Made by a program: the position numbers and the translations under genes
NCBI RefSeq assembly: GCF_004010195.1
Contig: NC_057718.1
Location: forward strand, 60,708,795 to 60,772,794
Direction of reading: 5' to 3'
DNA from: Chiloscyllium plagiosum
Taxonomy: Eukaryota
DNA length: 64,000 nt
Shown: positions 62,631-64,000 of the stretch, in pieces
Layout of the letters: every line of letters starts with the position of its first letter
Position numbering within the stretch: position 1 is the first letter of the stretch
Notes under the pieces: generated by a model
Databases searched by the model: none
What the model saw: the letters and a program-made list of their open reading frames with translations, nothing else
Told to the model about the DNA's origin: nothing

Positions 62631-63221
62631 ATAATATGTATTCATAGGATCCTCTCAGTGTAAAAAGAGGCCATTTGGTCCATAGCATCTGCACCGAACA
62701 TCCAAACAGCATCTCAGCCAGACCCAGCCACCCCAACCCTATTCCCCTTAACCCTTGCATCTACCAGTTTTCTGAGTAAAGACCTCTTCTGAGGTGTATG
62801 TTTAAGCACATTTTTGGTGACTGGCACAAAGCCAGTGTTGGTTTTATAAAACATTGGGCTGCATTTACCTCCTTCCTGCAGAAAATGTGAACAATGACAA
62901 GTCAATTAGGAAAGTATGACAAAATAAAAAAAAATTCTAAAATTTGAGAAAAAGTCCAGTTTTGCATGCAAGGTTTGAACAATTTGATGGGAATCTTACG
63001 AGTGAGTAGCAAGAGACCATTTGCATATATCTGCATCTCATTGTTACCTTTTCTTGGCTCACTTAAATAGTTTGCTTTTCTCCCACACAGCAGAGAGAAA
63101 TTAGATAATTCCTGGCATGAAAGATGGGGGGTGGTGGTGATGGTGAGGGGTAGTACCTGGAAGCTTATGACTTGCCCTTCTGCACCTCCACCTTAGCCAG
63201 TTTTCCCAAAATCACAAGGCA

Positions 63222-63568
63222 CACTCCAGCTCAACACTGTCCTCATGACCTGTTTTACCTGCCAATCTCCCTTCCCACCTATCCACTCCACCCTCCTCTC
63301 TGACCTATCACCTCCATCCCCACCCCATTCACCTATTGTACTCTTTGCTACCTTCCCCTACCCTCCTCTCTGAACTAGCACCTTCACCCCCACCCCCAAT
63401 CACCTATTGTACTCTTTGCTACCTTCTCCCCAGCCCAACCCCATTTATCTCTCTACCCTGCAGGCTCCCTGCCTCATTCCTGGTGAAGAGCTTTTGCCTG
63501 AAACGTCGATTTTTCTGCTCCTTGGATGCTGCCTGACCTGCTGTGTTTTTCTAGCACAGCTCTGATCT
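63222..63568 (+). mobile_element. Penelope-like family A 3' fragment with a 70-bp internal tandem duplication and mutated hammerhead
   Basis: Reverse complement of about 12830-13110; units start at 63290 and 63360; core ctggtgaagagcttttgcctgaaacgtcg at 63480. Confidence 0.88.
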
Positions 63569-64000
63569 AAACATTCTAAGTAATGACCACTCTGCATCTT
63601 TTGTCCATGGAGGTTGGCATCAGTCGTGCACCAGCCCCGCCACATCACCAGGGCATATTTCTGACTCACTTAGAATATAGTTCTCCACTTAAATACTACA
63701 CTTGGGAGCACATACACATATTACATCGTAATGATGCAGCCAGGCCACTTGTACAAAGGCATCCATCTCAAGCATGGGAACAGAATGTTATGCATCTCAA
63801 GATGTTAAGCTTGCTTTCTTAGCTTTGATTTATTTTCCTCATAGATGGGTGCTTACATTATCTTTATTTTGCCTTACCTTGATTTTTGTGCCTGGCCCAT
63901 TCATTCATAATTGTTAGCTCACTGTATTTCTATTTTGCCTTGCCTTTTAGCACAGACATAATTCCAGGGAGCCTGTCATGATTTCCAGCAATGATCTGTC

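Overview
This is non-coding, repeat-rich eukaryotic DNA, very likely from a shark (inferred from HE1-type V-SINEs and CR1/HER1-like LINE tails). It has two assembly gaps (5323-5822 and 41116-41655), and I found no convincing host protein-coding exon. Main content: many CR1 fragments; a degenerate near full-length APE-RT LINE with a tRNA-like head (10548-15873) carrying nested insertions; a two-LTR Gypsy provirus (40062-46879) whose pol ends at RNase H with no integrase visible; four HE1-like SINEs; a Harbinger Myb-gene remnant; MITEs; solo LTRs; and a 31-bp minisatellite derived from a CR1 3' end. The most striking signal is a dense set of Penelope-like (PLE) terminal repeats from at least two families. 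They carry minimal type I hammerhead ribozyme motifs (CTGANGA-stem II-GAAA followed by a palindromic ACGT or AGCT stem III). Many are short asymmetric head-to-head palindromes with 14-16 bp target-site duplications, and three copies keep an intact catalytic core. Unique AT-rich stretches include a GATA-site cluster and a TGACA (TALE/Meis-type) cluster that are enhancer candidates. All coordinates were read by eye and boundaries of old elements are approximate.
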